Below, in pieces: positions 44,147 through 53,498 of a stretch of DNA of 63,733 bases (positions within the stretch are counted from its first letter, which is position 1; the number at the start of each line of letters is the position of its first letter). The notes beneath the pieces are model-generated. The model was not told the DNA's origin. It worked only from the letters and a program-made list of their open reading frames with translations, and did no database searches. This DNA comes from a virus (Duplodnaviria; Caudoviricetes), in the IMG/VR virus record IMGVR_UViG_3300018083_000029, positions 1-63,733 of that record, one strand, 5' to 3'. The position numbers and the translations under genes are program-made.

Positions 44147-45565
44147 TTAGGCCGCGAACAATTCTCTAACAAGTTCGCAATCATTAATCAAGTTACGCGG
44201 CGGTTTAACTTGGTCCCATTGGGCATCAGTCATACTTTTGCGGATCGTGCTGCGCATTACTCTGTCAAGCGAAAGCTTGCCTCGTAGCAACGCGGTCCCG
44301 TACAGAGTAGCGCGCGGCGTAACCATACAGCCCTTGATTTGGCGCGCGATCACTTGGGCGCGGCAATGACGGACTATTTCAAGCCATGCCGGGTTGTCAC
44401 ACAACGAGGCTTCAAGTGCATCATCAATGGGCCAATCCAACATACACCAGCGATCCATAAACGCTGCATCGAGTTTCATGCGGCCACTGTAATCGTGAGT
44501 TCCACCGAGCCCGGTTGTGTTGGCGCCCGCGATGATGATGCAATCAGGGTGCCTCGCGATCATTTTGTCCGGGAATGCGGCAACGCCATTAGCTAGCGCT
44601 CCATTAGCCGCGAGCGCTGCGCTGGGGCTGTAACTGTCGCTTTCGTCCATAATGATTGTCCCACCATTTTCCCAGCACTCACGAAACAGGGTTGTTTGGT
44701 AGACCCCGTGGCCATCACGATAGCCAAGTATCTGAAACCCTGTCTCCATCGCAGGCAAGCTAAAGAACCGACCCGGTGTGAGTGCTTCGCTTACCATCTT
44801 AGCCGCAGTGGTCTTGCCAGTACCTGCGGGGCCGTGCAGCCATACATTCAATCGGCTGCCATCATGATTGCGCGAGTTACACATTGAAATCAGTTCAGGC
44901 AAATTGTGATGCTGAACACCCAAGTCACGAAGCACAGCAGGCACGTCCGCATGTTGAGGCTGTTCAATGACAACGCGAACGGGCTGATTGAGTTTGATCG
45001 CTTCGACCATGTTCTCTATGCGGCGAAAATTGGTGCCGCAGTAATCTTTCATTGCTACTTCAAGGTTAGCGGCGACCACGACAACGTCAGTCTTCAGCGC
45101 GTATAGAGACAAGTCCAGTTCGGGGGATGGGGTTTGCTGGGGCAAGGCTGGCGCTGGGGATGCGTTGTCGGGGAGGGGCGATAGTCCCATATCCGCGAAC
45201 GGATCGGCTGCCTGCGGGGGAATATGGGGCACCGGGCCATAGTCCTGCGGCTCGGGGGCCGGAGCTGGCGTGGGCTCGTTGTACCAATGCTTTTTATTCT
45301 TTGAACCGGGGTTGCGCCCTTTCACAAACGCGCGGCCACCTGTCAATTGATACTGTTGAATTAAGGCGTGGTGCGCACCAGCGATTTGATCGCGACTGTA
45401 ATTGCGAATAGTCCAATCAGCTAGCTCATAACGATTGTAGTCCTCGGGAACTATGAAATTGTTTGCTGAGGCGAGCCGTTGTGCGATAGCGCGCACATGG
45501 CCGTCCTTGAGCCCATCGCTCAAGTAGTGAAGACGATCCGCAGGGTGCTTGTTCTTGGGGTGCAT
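44147..45565 (-). CDS. MoxR/CbbQ/CobS-like AAA+ ATPase with extra N-terminal domain and Pro-rich linker
   Basis: WLHGPAGTGKTT, IIMDESD, IAGANTTGLG...YSGRMKLDAAFMDRW, VTPRA. Confidence 0.85.
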   Translation of the reverse strand: MHPKNKHPADRLHYLSDGLKDGHVRAIAQRLASANNFIVPEDYNRYELADWTIRNYSRDQIAGAHHALIQQYQLTGGRAFVKGRNPGSKNKKHWYNEPTPAPAPEPQDYGPVPHIPPQAADPFADMGLSPLPDNASPAPALPQQTPSPELDLSLYALKTDVVVVAANLEVAMKDYCGTNFRRIENMVEAIKLNQPVRVVIEQPQHADVPAVLRDLGVQHHNLPELISMCNSRNHDGSRLNVWLHGPAGTGKTTAAKMVSEALTPGRFFSLPAMETGFQILGYRDGHGVYQTTLFRECWENGGTIIMDESDSYSPSAALAANGALANGVAAFPDKMIARHPDCIIIAGANTTGLGGTHDYSGRMKLDAAFMDRWCMLDWPIDDALEASLCDNPAWLEIVRHCRAQVIARQIKGCMVTPRATLYGTALLRGKLSLDRVMRSTIRKSMTDAQWDQVKPPRNLINDCELVRELFAA

Positions 45566-45794
45566 TGTAGTGTGTCCTTCCGCAAGGTTTTAGTGGTTTT
45601 AGTCCAAGCTAAGTAATATCATTTAGTGCGGGCAACGGTCAATAAATAATAGTGGGTTTGTGCTCGGCAAATATTGTGCCAAGTTGTGATGAGTATTATA
45701 TACAACTCGTGGGAATTTTCCCGGTGCCCGTGGCTTGTATATACATTGTTCGCCGCGCGAGCTTGAGCTGAGTTGCACACACAACCAATGGGAT

Positions 45795-45821
45795 AAAAGA
45801 AAGGGGAGCTTGCGCTCCCCT
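45795..45821 (-). terminator. Intrinsic terminator
   Basis: On -: GGGGAGC-GCAA-GCTCCCC-TTTCTTTT. Confidence 0.75.
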
Positions 45822-45822
45822 A

Positions 45823-45852
45823 GATCATTTTACGGACGTCCGTAAAATGATC
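45823..45852. repeat. Perfect 30-bp palindrome
   Basis: GATCATTTTACGGAC|GTCCGTAAAATGATC with no spacer. Confidence 0.9.
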
Positions 45853-45854
45853 GG

Positions 45855-46076
45855 TCAGTCTATTTCGTCTAGTATATAGACACCGGGTTGCTGGAGCTTG
45901 GCAGCCTTAGCGTCCAGCATGGCCTTGCGGAAGCGAGCACGGTTGAACTTGGGGTTTTCAAGGATCATGAACTGCATGAGAGCGGCGGCGAATTTAGCGT
46001 GGGTTTCACTCTCACCCATCAGGCGAGCAATGACAACGTAGTGGCGATGCGCGAAGATTGGAGCTTTAGTGGGCAT
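45855..46076 (-). CDS. Hypothetical early protein
   Basis: AAGGA RBS; F.HRHY..IA...ENPKFNRARF pattern. Confidence 0.65.
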   Translation of the reverse strand: MPTKAPIFAHRHYVVIARLMGESETHAKFAAALMQFMILENPKFNRARFRKAMLDAKAAKLQQPGVYILDEID

Positions 46077-46219
46077 GGCTGTGTGTCCTTGTGATTGAGT
46101 TAGCGGAGGATGCGACGCAAGATCAACAGAATAATCTCGGTGACGAGGCTGTGGCGATGATAGCGGCGGCGATGTGCTGGGGCATAGTGGGCATTGCGGC
46201 GGTTCATTAGGTTAGCTCC

Positions 46220-46483
46220 TTAGCGTGTGATTACAGGCGTCTGCACAAAGGCGTTGCGATGCTGGGCGCGGCGCATCTCTTCAATGGCGTGAACGAGACG
46301 GATTACAGCGTCAGCACCAAAGGCTTCGATCATGGCCTCGCAGTCACTCTTGGGGTCAAATATCCCGGTTCTATATGCAATGGCTTTGGGGATGCCGGGT
46401 TTCGCGGCTGCTTTGTTCTTGCGAATTTTGAGTTGCAGGATTGCTGGGGTAATAGAGTGCGGCTCTGGTTTGTAGTGAGACAT
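46220..46483 (-). CDS. Hypothetical early protein
   Basis: GAGGAG RBS, 87 aa. Confidence 0.65.
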   Translation of the reverse strand: MSHYKPEPHSITPAILQLKIRKNKAAAKPGIPKAIAYRTGIFDPKSDCEAMIEAFGADAVIRLVHAIEEMRRAQHRNAFVQTPVITR

Positions 46484-46596
46484 GGTTGCGGCTCCTCAAG
46501 ATGTTTAGACAAGCAAGAGAGTAGCATGATTCGATTGGGAATGCATTAATTGAGTTAGCGGGCAATGGGGAAAGCTAGCCGGGAGGGTGCGGCAGG

Positions 46597-46882
46597 GTGA
46601 CGCATGGGGGCAGTGACACGTCATGACAGATGGGGTGACACGAGGGACAGCCTAGAAAGCGTGTAAAATCAAGGGTTGTGCCACGTATGACACGTTTGCC
46701 AGGACTTTTCACATTGCTTACCCTTTCTCCCCCTCATATCCTTACTATACATCGTTTAATTATATTTTTCTCTATTGATATAGAAAACACCTGTCACATC
46801 TGTCTTACTTGTCATTTTCCCAATTGGATGCTCGTCTTTTCGCTTGGTTCGTCCCGTCATCTTCGTGTCACTCACCTGTCAT
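46597..46882. repeat. Inverted arrays of TGACA/TGTCA pentamers around an AT-rich core (candidate replication origin)
   Basis: TGACA at 46614, 46624, 46636, 46688; TGTCA at 46792, 46810, 46866, 46877; plus variants; AT-rich 46741..46790. Confidence 0.55.
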
Positions 46883-47180
46883 TCATCTTACGTTTGGTGA
46901 GACGCGGAACAAACCTAGAACGCTGGCGCGGACAACCAACATGCAAATCAAATGTTATGTATAAGCAATTGAACAGTGTAAAAACAAAACGTGAACTCGC
47001 GCTACAGAGCGTTTTACAAACTTTATGGGCCATCGTAGCTCAATTAATTCTGTGAAGCCTAGGGCCATCCAGGGCGCGGCAATCGCGTAACTCAGTTACA
47101 ACACACTATGCAACACGAGCGATTATTATCTATTGACAATGATATTATTATCACACTCACGAAATTGTGATTAGGCGCCT

Positions 47181-47411
47181 GTTGTATATACATTTGATTC
47201 GTTGCGGTGCAGCATCGTATATACAACCTATGTTGCATTGCCGCATAGTTGTATATACATCTCGGCTCTGGGTTGTATATACCCATTCGCATAATGGGTA
47301 TTATGGAAAATAACGTGTCAACTCATTTATTGTGAGATGTATATACAATTGCTGCGCTGCACACAATGTGTATACAACACAGCGATCGCTGCATTCATAT
47401 GTATATACAAC
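47181..47411. repeat. Cluster of seven GTTGTATATACAAC-like palindromic sites
   Basis: Copies start near 47181, 47217, 47248, 47272, 47338, 47367 and 47400. Confidence 0.75.
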
Positions 47412-47863
47412 TATGACTGAATGAGTGGCAGATATGCAACAAGATATATATTTCGCATTCTGGTAAACTTATTGTGTACGTGATAATTATGTTACGTGAC
47501 ATAGTTGCAACTGAATAAAATAAAAATGGTACGTGATATTTTTGCAACGGGCCATCCGATGTTATATATTATTCCCAATTTCCCGCATCTTAAAAACCCT
47601 TTAATACAGAACACAAACAACACCGCCTCCCCACTCTACACCAACTCGTCCAACACAATAACTTATGCATCTTAAAATCCCCTATAAATAATACTTCAAA
47701 GTCTCTGGATCACTGTGCCCACTCCAATCCACCTCCCACAACCCACTCTCCTTGCTCATAAACTCAATCCCTGCAATGTACCCCAGCCTCACCTCACATA
47801 TAATATACCCCAGCTCCGCATCCCAGTAATACTCAAACCATGTACTATTACTTAAAGGAAATC

Positions 47864-48058
47864 TCACCCCACCCTCCCATAGCTATATTGTCCTCTTATT
47901 TGCATATTAAAGAAAGTCCCTTGTGAACCAGCACTTTCAAAGGCTTCAGCCGTTTGCGAATCCACTCCATGGAAAACCCATACACCTCCTTTTACAAACG
48001 AGACCGTTAGTTCTTTCTTGTCTTCATCGTAGAATATACTAGCTATGGCACTACTCAT
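47864..48058 (-). CDS. KTSC domain protein
   Basis: SSAIASIFYD...LTVSF..GGVWVFHGV......F..AGSQGTFFN..IRGQY; GGAG RBS before ATG 48058. Confidence 0.85.
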   Translation of the reverse strand: MSSAIASIFYDEDKKELTVSFVKGGVWVFHGVDSQTAEAFESAGSQGTFFNMQIRGQYSYGRVG

Positions 48059-48306
48059 GACACCGCTCCTATTATTAGCACCGCCGCTCCAAAACCAATC
48101 AAAGCCCCAGCCCATCCAAACATTGCCCCTAATCCAGCCCCTATAGCTACAAGGCCAACTATCATCAAGCAGCCCGCGGCTTCCTCTTGATTACTTCTTT
48201 GGCTCATCGCCCTTCTCCAGTTTCTTGATACGATCCTCCAGCTGCCCTATCTTGAACGCACAAGATATAATCCCCGCCGCTAAAAACCCTGTTATAATTA
48301 TATCCA

Positions 48307-48594
48307 TCATCTGACAAACCTCTCCACATATTCCTTGCAGAGCTTGTCAAACTTATCAGCTAAATGCTTTTGGAACGATGTGCCCCCCATACCTATACTA
48401 TCAGCTGTCTTGATTAAATCATAGAACCCATTGATACGCTCCCTGAGTGCTTCTTTGGTTAAACCTCCTAGTCTGTTCTTAAATTCTAGCTCATCCATTT
48501 GATTATTCACCTTCTCTTTTTGCTCAGCTAGTTGCTTTGCTGCTTCTACACACTTTACACACGGATGACTTGGATCACAGTAAGGACATAACAT
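48307..48594 (-). CDS. Hypothetical protein with N-terminal CxxC..CxxC
   Basis: CPYC and CVKC; GGAGG RBS. Confidence 0.6.
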   Translation of the reverse strand: MLCPYCDPSHPCVKCVEAAKQLAEQKEKVNNQMDELEFKNRLGGLTKEALRERINGFYDLIKTADSIGMGGTSFQKHLADKFDKLCKEYVERFVR

Positions 48595-48863
48595 TACTTA
48601 GCCCTCCCACTTCCTACATTCCTAACTTCTACTTCTATCTTGTATTTCTTCCTCTCCATCCTACTCTTTAACTCGACATAGTCTGTAGCGTGCTTGCCAT
48701 CAGCAAACGTAGCTACCACTACATCCTTCTCATCATTTGGATACTCCCCTCTAGTCATTACTTTGTATACAGTCATGCTGCGGTAGCTCATCGCGCGACT
48801 CTTTCTATCTCTTGGCTTGGTTAAATAAGCATCCCAGCCGTTGGCTCTGTAGAAGTATCTCAT
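48594..48863 (-). CDS. Hypothetical protein
   Basis: 89-aa ORF coupled to the next gene. Confidence 0.55.
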   Translation of the reverse strand: MRYFYRANGWDAYLTKPRDRKSRAMSYRSMTVYKVMTRGEYPNDEKDVVVATFADGKHATDYVELKSRMERKKYKIEVEVRNVGSGRAK

Positions 48864-48885
48864 TTTACACCGGCGGTGTACGTTT

Positions 48886-49113
48886 TCACTTTTTATTCCT
48901 TGTAGGCATCCTGAACTGCTCTAGTTCATCTAATAATTCATCAGGGTCTTGTGTAACAATATAGACCTTATTGTTGGTCATTGTGATATGCAAAGCATTT
49001 TGTTTGTTCGCTCTTGTGAACTCACTACAGAATTCTACACTAACTATCTGTAGAACATTGATCCAGACCTTGGCGCCTATCTGTATTATCATTTTCATTC
49101 CTCTTTTGAGCAT
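48886..49113 (-). CDS. Hypothetical protein
   Basis: First gene after the strong leftward promoter; start may be at an internal Met after GAGG. Confidence 0.55.
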   Translation of the reverse strand: MLKRGMKMIIQIGAKVWINVLQIVSVEFCSEFTRANKQNALHITMTNNKVYIVTQDPDELLDELEQFRMPTRNKK

Positions 49114-49148
49114 AGTCGAAAAAGGGAATGGACACCCCCTTCTCCCCG

Positions 49149-49177
49149 ATCTTAAAAAATTTTCACTCCAATGTCAA
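49149..49177 (-). promoter_or_regulatory. Strong sigma70-type leftward promoter
   Basis: TTGACA-N17-TAAGAT on -. Confidence 0.75.
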
Positions 49178-49188
49178 GCGAAATCTTC

Positions 49189-49336
49189 TTGACTTTCACT
49201 TACAACTCTAAGCTAACTACTATGGGGCGCCGGATAGTTCGTTAACTGTAGTGCCCCCGTTAACTTGAGCAGTCTGGCGCCCCAACCCCATGGGGCACAC
49301 AATTCACGAGCGGTTGCTAAGGCAGAGCGAGTGAAT
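49189..49336 (+). promoter_or_regulatory. Candidate rightward promoter (TTGACT at 49189) and structured leader of the virion operon
   Basis: Long hairpin 49223..49284, loop GTGCCCC pairs with GGGGCAC (49292..49298), second hairpin ATTCAC/GTGAAT. Confidence 0.5.
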
Positions 49337-49364
49337 AAAATGAATGAACCAGGAGCACAGAACT

Positions 49365-49655
49365 ATGGCGAATATCATCTTGACTATCATTGATTCTAAA
49401 CATGGTGTTGTGAATACTTCTTATGCGTTCTCAGATGAAGACGTACAGAAGATTTACAGCGCCTATATGCACAACATGACCCCGGATAATATTAGTAAAT
49501 ATGAGGATGCAGTAACTATCTCGGCACAAAATGTAGTAGATAAAGTTTATGACGATCTACTCGGGAGAGTTGTTAGTTTTGTACATGATGAAACAATTCG
49601 CATGGCTGTAAAGGAAATGAACATCGCTCCAATACAGGCCCTACAGAAGTTATGA
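49365..49655 (+). CDS. Hypothetical protein
   Basis: AGGAG RBS; first gene of the + strand virion operon. Confidence 0.6.
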   Translation: MANIILTIIDSKHGVVNTSYAFSDEDVQKIYSAYMHNMTPDNISKYEDAVTISAQNVVDKVYDDLLGRVVSFVHDETIRMAVKEMNIAPIQALQKL

Positions 49656-50044
49656 AACTTGAGCGAGCCCGCTTCAAATCCAAACCCAATAATTACTTCA
49701 AGCGGGCAGCCGTGGACGTGCTCCATGACAAAATGGTATTCTATGAGTCCCGCGGAACGGACTTATTTGTTGCTCTCAAAAAAGAACTTAAAGATAACGG
49801 AGCGGCCAGGGGCGATCTCTTAGTAGCTCTCTCTAAGCAAATTATACACTGTAACGACATGGCGGTAGAGTGCGCACATAAGTTAGCTCCTTATCAGAAT
49901 GCTAAACTACAGTCCATTGAAGTTAAGAAGAAAGTCACTCATAAATTTGTTATACAGGCCCCCAAGCCTTCCCAAGACCCGGAGCATTGGCTACAGTTGG
50001 CTGAGCAAACAAAACTGCTCCCGGCGCCGGAGAAAATATCGTGA
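49652..50044 (+). CDS. Putative terminase small subunit
   Basis: 130 aa with CAHKLAPYQNAKLQSIEV, resembling the APYxHxKLxxIE motif of TerS-like proteins. Confidence 0.5.
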   Translation: MKLERARFKSKPNNYFKRAAVDVLHDKMVFYESRGTDLFVALKKELKDNGAARGDLLVALSKQIIHCNDMAVECAHKLAPYQNAKLQSIEVKKKVTHKFVIQAPKPSQDPEHWLQLAEQTKLLPAPEKIS

Positions 50045-50622
50045 GTTTCATATATGACCTGTTCGCTACTTGGGATGATGCGGGCACTACTTATTACGGA
50101 TTTGCTCTAACCATATCTGACGGCGACGGTGGTGAACCTGTAGCTGGTTCAGAATCTAGAGCAATTAATATTGTCAATGTAGATGAATCAGTATTCAGCG
50201 TAGATCAGTATGGGGCTATACGGTTTGGGGCAGACCAATACACCATAGGCGCTGAAGATGGGTTTGTATTCTTTACAGAGGCCGGAGGCTATATATTTGA
50301 TGCTGCTATAGTTATTGCTGAAAACGGTCTAAACTTTGGCGACGGCACAGGCGCAGTAATTAACAAAGATGACGATAATAATATAATCATAGAAGATGCA
50401 TCGGGGACTATAGTTGGTTGTGATTTATTTGTTGGTTACAAGGATACAACCAATCCAACAAACATGACAGAAGGATTTCTATTCACTCCACGAACAGCTG
50501 GATCGCCCGTTGATACACCAGCAGTAGACTCAGATAGCGCATGCGCTACAGTAGTAGACACAGTAAACGATAAATTATGGTTCTACTACGGAGCGGCTTG
50601 GCACTTTATAGACATAACCTAA
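50041..50622 (+). CDS. Short fibre protein with shared N-terminal anchor domain
   Basis: N-terminus paralogous to 50951 and 54185; C-terminal VDTVNDKLWFYYGAAW trimerisation-like motif. Confidence 0.6.
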   Translation: MSFIYDLFATWDDAGTTYYGFALTISDGDGGEPVAGSESRAINIVNVDESVFSVDQYGAIRFGADQYTIGAEDGFVFFTEAGGYIFDAAIVIAENGLNFGDGTGAVINKDDDNNIIIEDASGTIVGCDLFVGYKDTTNPTNMTEGFLFTPRTAGSPVDTPAVDSDSACATVVDTVNDKLWFYYGAAWHFIDIT

Positions 50623-50633
50623 AGGAGTAGACC

Positions 50634-50951
50634 GTGGGCACTGTTGAGCCATTCAAGATTAACATTGAAATCACACATGAAGAGTTTAGATTACTGGCAG
50701 CAGCGCTGAATACTCATATTAGATATGGCTCACAAAAAGTATCTAATAGTAAGAACGCTGCCCTGGAGCTTAAATCTTCTCTCAACGAGTTCGTTAAAAT
50801 AAATTCACTGCTTGAGAAGTTAGACAAAACCTATGACACTCAGACTCGCGCGTCCAGACCAAACATGAAGTCGTTGTTAGAACAGATGCCTAAAGTAGTA
50901 GAGCCCCCGCCTATCGCAGAGCCGGAGCCCGCGCCCGAGGAAGTTAAGTAA
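50634..50951 (+). CDS. Hypothetical protein (possible fibre chaperone)
   Basis: AAGGAG RBS; helical 105 aa between two fibre genes. Confidence 0.55.
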   Translation: MGTVEPFKINIEITHEEFRLLAAALNTHIRYGSQKVSNSKNAALELKSSLNEFVKINSLLEKLDKTYDTQTRASRPNMKSLLEQMPKVVEPPPIAEPEPAPEEVK

Positions 50952-52690
50952 TGAGCTATATCTATGCTCTAGAAGCTGTTTGGAACGACGCTGACACGGA
51001 TTATGTCGGCATTGGTATGAACTTTACCAATGGCGCCGGTGGATCGCCTGTAGCTAGTGAAGACTCTCTATTATTTGCTCTATACGATGATGGCGACGTT
51101 GTATTCTCTGTAGATATCGACGGTAACATACCTTATGCTCCTCCGTTTGGTTCTAACTCAGCAACCCGAACTCAAGCAAGTAAAAATGCCGAAGTTGTCA
51201 GCGTTAAAGATTTTGGCGCTGTGGGCGACGGGCCTAACACTGATGACACAATAGCCGTACAAAACGCTCTAGATTATATAAAGTCCGTGAGTGGTAGGTT
51301 ACTTTTCCCCCGTGGTGTATATATGTGCGCTGGTGGGCTTGAACTACTAACAACAGAAGATGTAGACATTGAAGGCGAGGGCTGGTCAAATACTTGGATA
51401 TGCACGGGGCCGACGGCAGACGTTAGATTATTCCATATTAGTGGCGGCAGGTGCTGCTTACGTAATATCGGGCTCATGGGCTCGGGAGCACAGCTTAATT
51501 ATTCACCCACGATAGCTCCGAATGATATCTCCGACACAAGTTATGCTCTGCACATTGGCGATCAGGGTACATTCCAGTTAGATAAGTGTCTTGTCTTTGG
51601 CGGTTCTAATTGTGTACTCGTCGAAGGTTTTGATTTGCTCTCTAACGATTCTTGGGTTGCCTTTGGTTATGGCACGTCTAACTGGTTACAACGCGGCAAC
51701 GGTCTGTGGGTTCATAGGCTTAATCTAGATCATCAATATCCCGTTGGATCAACTAGTACCGATTCTGATCCTTGGCAGGCTGGACATGTTTATAGCGCTA
51801 ATGACCTCGCTGTAGTCGATGGGTTTAATCTTCAGTGCTTAACAGGTGGCACCTCTGCTGGTACAGCCCCAACAATTCTACCGTATTTACAGGAGATAGA
51901 CGACGGCAGTGTAACTTGGTTACTTGCCTCTAGGGTAGACAGCTCATCATACGAGCAGAACTCAGGCGGCTCCGAGTGCTATCTTAATCTGGTAGATATT
52001 ACATCTTGTACAGAGAATGCGATTCGTTTTGTTGATGACTTTTCGAGTGTGCCGTCTTATATTAATATGTCTCAATCTATTATAGGTGGGACTATTGGGC
52101 CGGCTATGAGTATAAGAGCTGGGCATAGTGTTTTTATGTCTAACTGCTTATGCGGGCCTATAGAGTTTATAGATGATTGGGCAGGCAACGCGTATATATC
52201 TCATAATAACATAGGCGGGGGTAACACGGCTATCTATCTAGGAAGCACTGCTGTTAATCATGATTTTAGCCATAATAGGTTCTCCTCGCCTGTTGGCGCA
52301 GGTTCAACCGCCATCGAGATTGATGCTGCCACCACAGCGTTAGTCATAGAGAGTAACATCCTTGGTAACTATGCAACAGGTATATCGTTAGTTACAGGCT
52401 GTAATCAATATGTCATTGCAAACAATGACGCCTCAAGCATAACCAGTGATCCACTGGTAGACAACGCTAATGGTAACATCAAAACCATCCAGGGTAATCT
52501 GGGCATAGATGATATCTTGGGGAACAAGGTTACATATTCAGCGTCTACCACAGACAGAGCTTCATTACAGATTCCCACAGGCGCAGCGCCAACGTCTCCA
52601 ATAGACGGGGAAATTTGGCGCGAGGACAACACAGACACCGGACTAAAGATCAGAATCAACGGTATGACAAAAACCATAGTTGTAGCTTAA
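50951..52690 (+). CDS. Tailspike/head-fibre with parallel beta-helix (pectate-lyase-like, putative depolymerase)
   Basis: VSVKDFGAVGDG..DDTIAVQNALD...LLFPRGVY, Asn-ladder repeats, WQAGHVY carbohydrate-binding-like insert, GAAPTSPIDGEIW C-terminus. Confidence 0.8.
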   Translation: MSYIYALEAVWNDADTDYVGIGMNFTNGAGGSPVASEDSLLFALYDDGDVVFSVDIDGNIPYAPPFGSNSATRTQASKNAEVVSVKDFGAVGDGPNTDDTIAVQNALDYIKSVSGRLLFPRGVYMCAGGLELLTTEDVDIEGEGWSNTWICTGPTADVRLFHISGGRCCLRNIGLMGSGAQLNYSPTIAPNDISDTSYALHIGDQGTFQLDKCLVFGGSNCVLVEGFDLLSNDSWVAFGYGTSNWLQRGNGLWVHRLNLDHQYPVGSTSTDSDPWQAGHVYSANDLAVVDGFNLQCLTGGTSAGTAPTILPYLQEIDDGSVTWLLASRVDSSSYEQNSGGSECYLNLVDITSCTENAIRFVDDFSSVPSYINMSQSIIGGTIGPAMSIRAGHSVFMSNCLCGPIEFIDDWAGNAYISHNNIGGGNTAIYLGSTAVNHDFSHNRFSSPVGAGSTAIEIDAATTALVIESNILGNYATGISLVTGCNQYVIANNDASSITSDPLVDNANGNIKTIQGNLGIDDILGNKVTYSASTTDRASLQIPTGAAPTSPIDGEIWREDNTDTGLKIRINGMTKTIVVA

Positions 52691-52702
52691 GAGGAGAGTA
52701 CC

Positions 52703-52960
52703 ATGCCTAAAGGTGCATTCAAGTACAGTGAAATCAGTGGCTCCAAGTGTATGTCTAAATCCCAGGGTATTCTAAAGAGTGCTCAGGGTAAAATGAGTTC
52801 AGCGCACGGCGTTGTGCCCTGTAACACCAAAAACAACATGACCATTAATGCTGGTAATGCTGTTGGCCATGGCTGTCGTCCGTTTCGCAGTGGACTATTA
52901 CCCACAGCAGCTCCCGGTCATGGTGCTGGACATAAATCACAGCCCAAGGGACATAAGTAA
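52703..52960 (+). CDS. Small basic Gly/Lys/His-rich protein
   Basis: GAGGAG RBS, 85 aa. Confidence 0.55.
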   Translation: MPKGAFKYSEISGSKCMSKSQGILKSAQGKMSSAHGVVPCNTKNNMTINAGNAVGHGCRPFRSGLLPTAAPGHGAGHKSQPKGHK

Positions 52961-52962
52961 TT

Positions 52963-53229
52963 ATGGCTACTAGACCTGCCGATTACGCGCCAACAGTTCA
53001 AGACTTCTTTGCTATATCAATCGCTGTTAACACTGTTGCAAGCGCTAGAGCGGCAGGTGTAGGCCCGTTTGCTGGACTATTCTTTAGAAGCACATCGTCT
53101 GTAACTGTTATCTCTCCAACGGGCGTGTCTATGGTGATGGACGCTGTCAATAAGAATACAGTTCTTTGGATTAGCGGGAATTTTGTCAGTGTTCTCGCTA
53201 CGACAACCAATGTATTTGGAGTGATTTAA
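52963..53229 (+). CDS. Head-spike base-like protein, divergent paralogue 1
   Basis: 88 aa, highly similar to 53232..53498 and alignable with 53748..54008. Confidence 0.55.
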   Translation: MATRPADYAPTVQDFFAISIAVNTVASARAAGVGPFAGLFFRSTSSVTVISPTGVSMVMDAVNKNTVLWISGNFVSVLATTTNVFGVI

Positions 53230-53231
53230 CT

Positions 53232-53498
53232 ATGGCAACCCGTCCTCCCGTTTATGCGCCAATTGCGTTTGATTTTTTTAACATTACAGTCAGTTGTAGC
53301 ACTGTAGCGAGTGCCCGAGCAGCCGGTGTAGGTCCATTTGCTGGACTATATTTTAAAGTTAGCTCATCGGTGACTATTATTTCGCCAACTGGCGTCTCGT
53401 TAGTAGTAGATAACGTCGTCAAAAACACTATGCTCTGGATCAGTGGTAACTATTTAGGTGCTATCGCTACGGCAACCTCGCCCTATGGAGTAATCTGA
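53232..53498 (+). CDS. Head-spike base-like protein, divergent paralogue 2
   Basis: GLYFKVSSSVTIISPTGVSLVVDNV aligns with GFYVGSTGDVKIRTPGGTDITFVNI of 53748. Confidence 0.55.
   Translation: MATRPPVYAPIAFDFFNITVSCSTVASARAAGVGPFAGLYFKVSSSVTIISPTGVSLVVDNVVKNTMLWISGNYLGAIATATSPYGVI

Noticed and set aside
45823-45852. Protelomerase target of a linear plasmid prophage
   Set aside because: No tyrosine-recombinase-like or partition genes recognised in the genome.
46678-47292. ORFs 46678..47055 and 47092..47292
   Set aside because: They run through the repeat arrays, lack an RBS and have unnatural composition.
47181-47411. CRISPR array
   Set aside because: Repeats are only 10-14 bp, degenerate and irregularly spaced; no cas genes.
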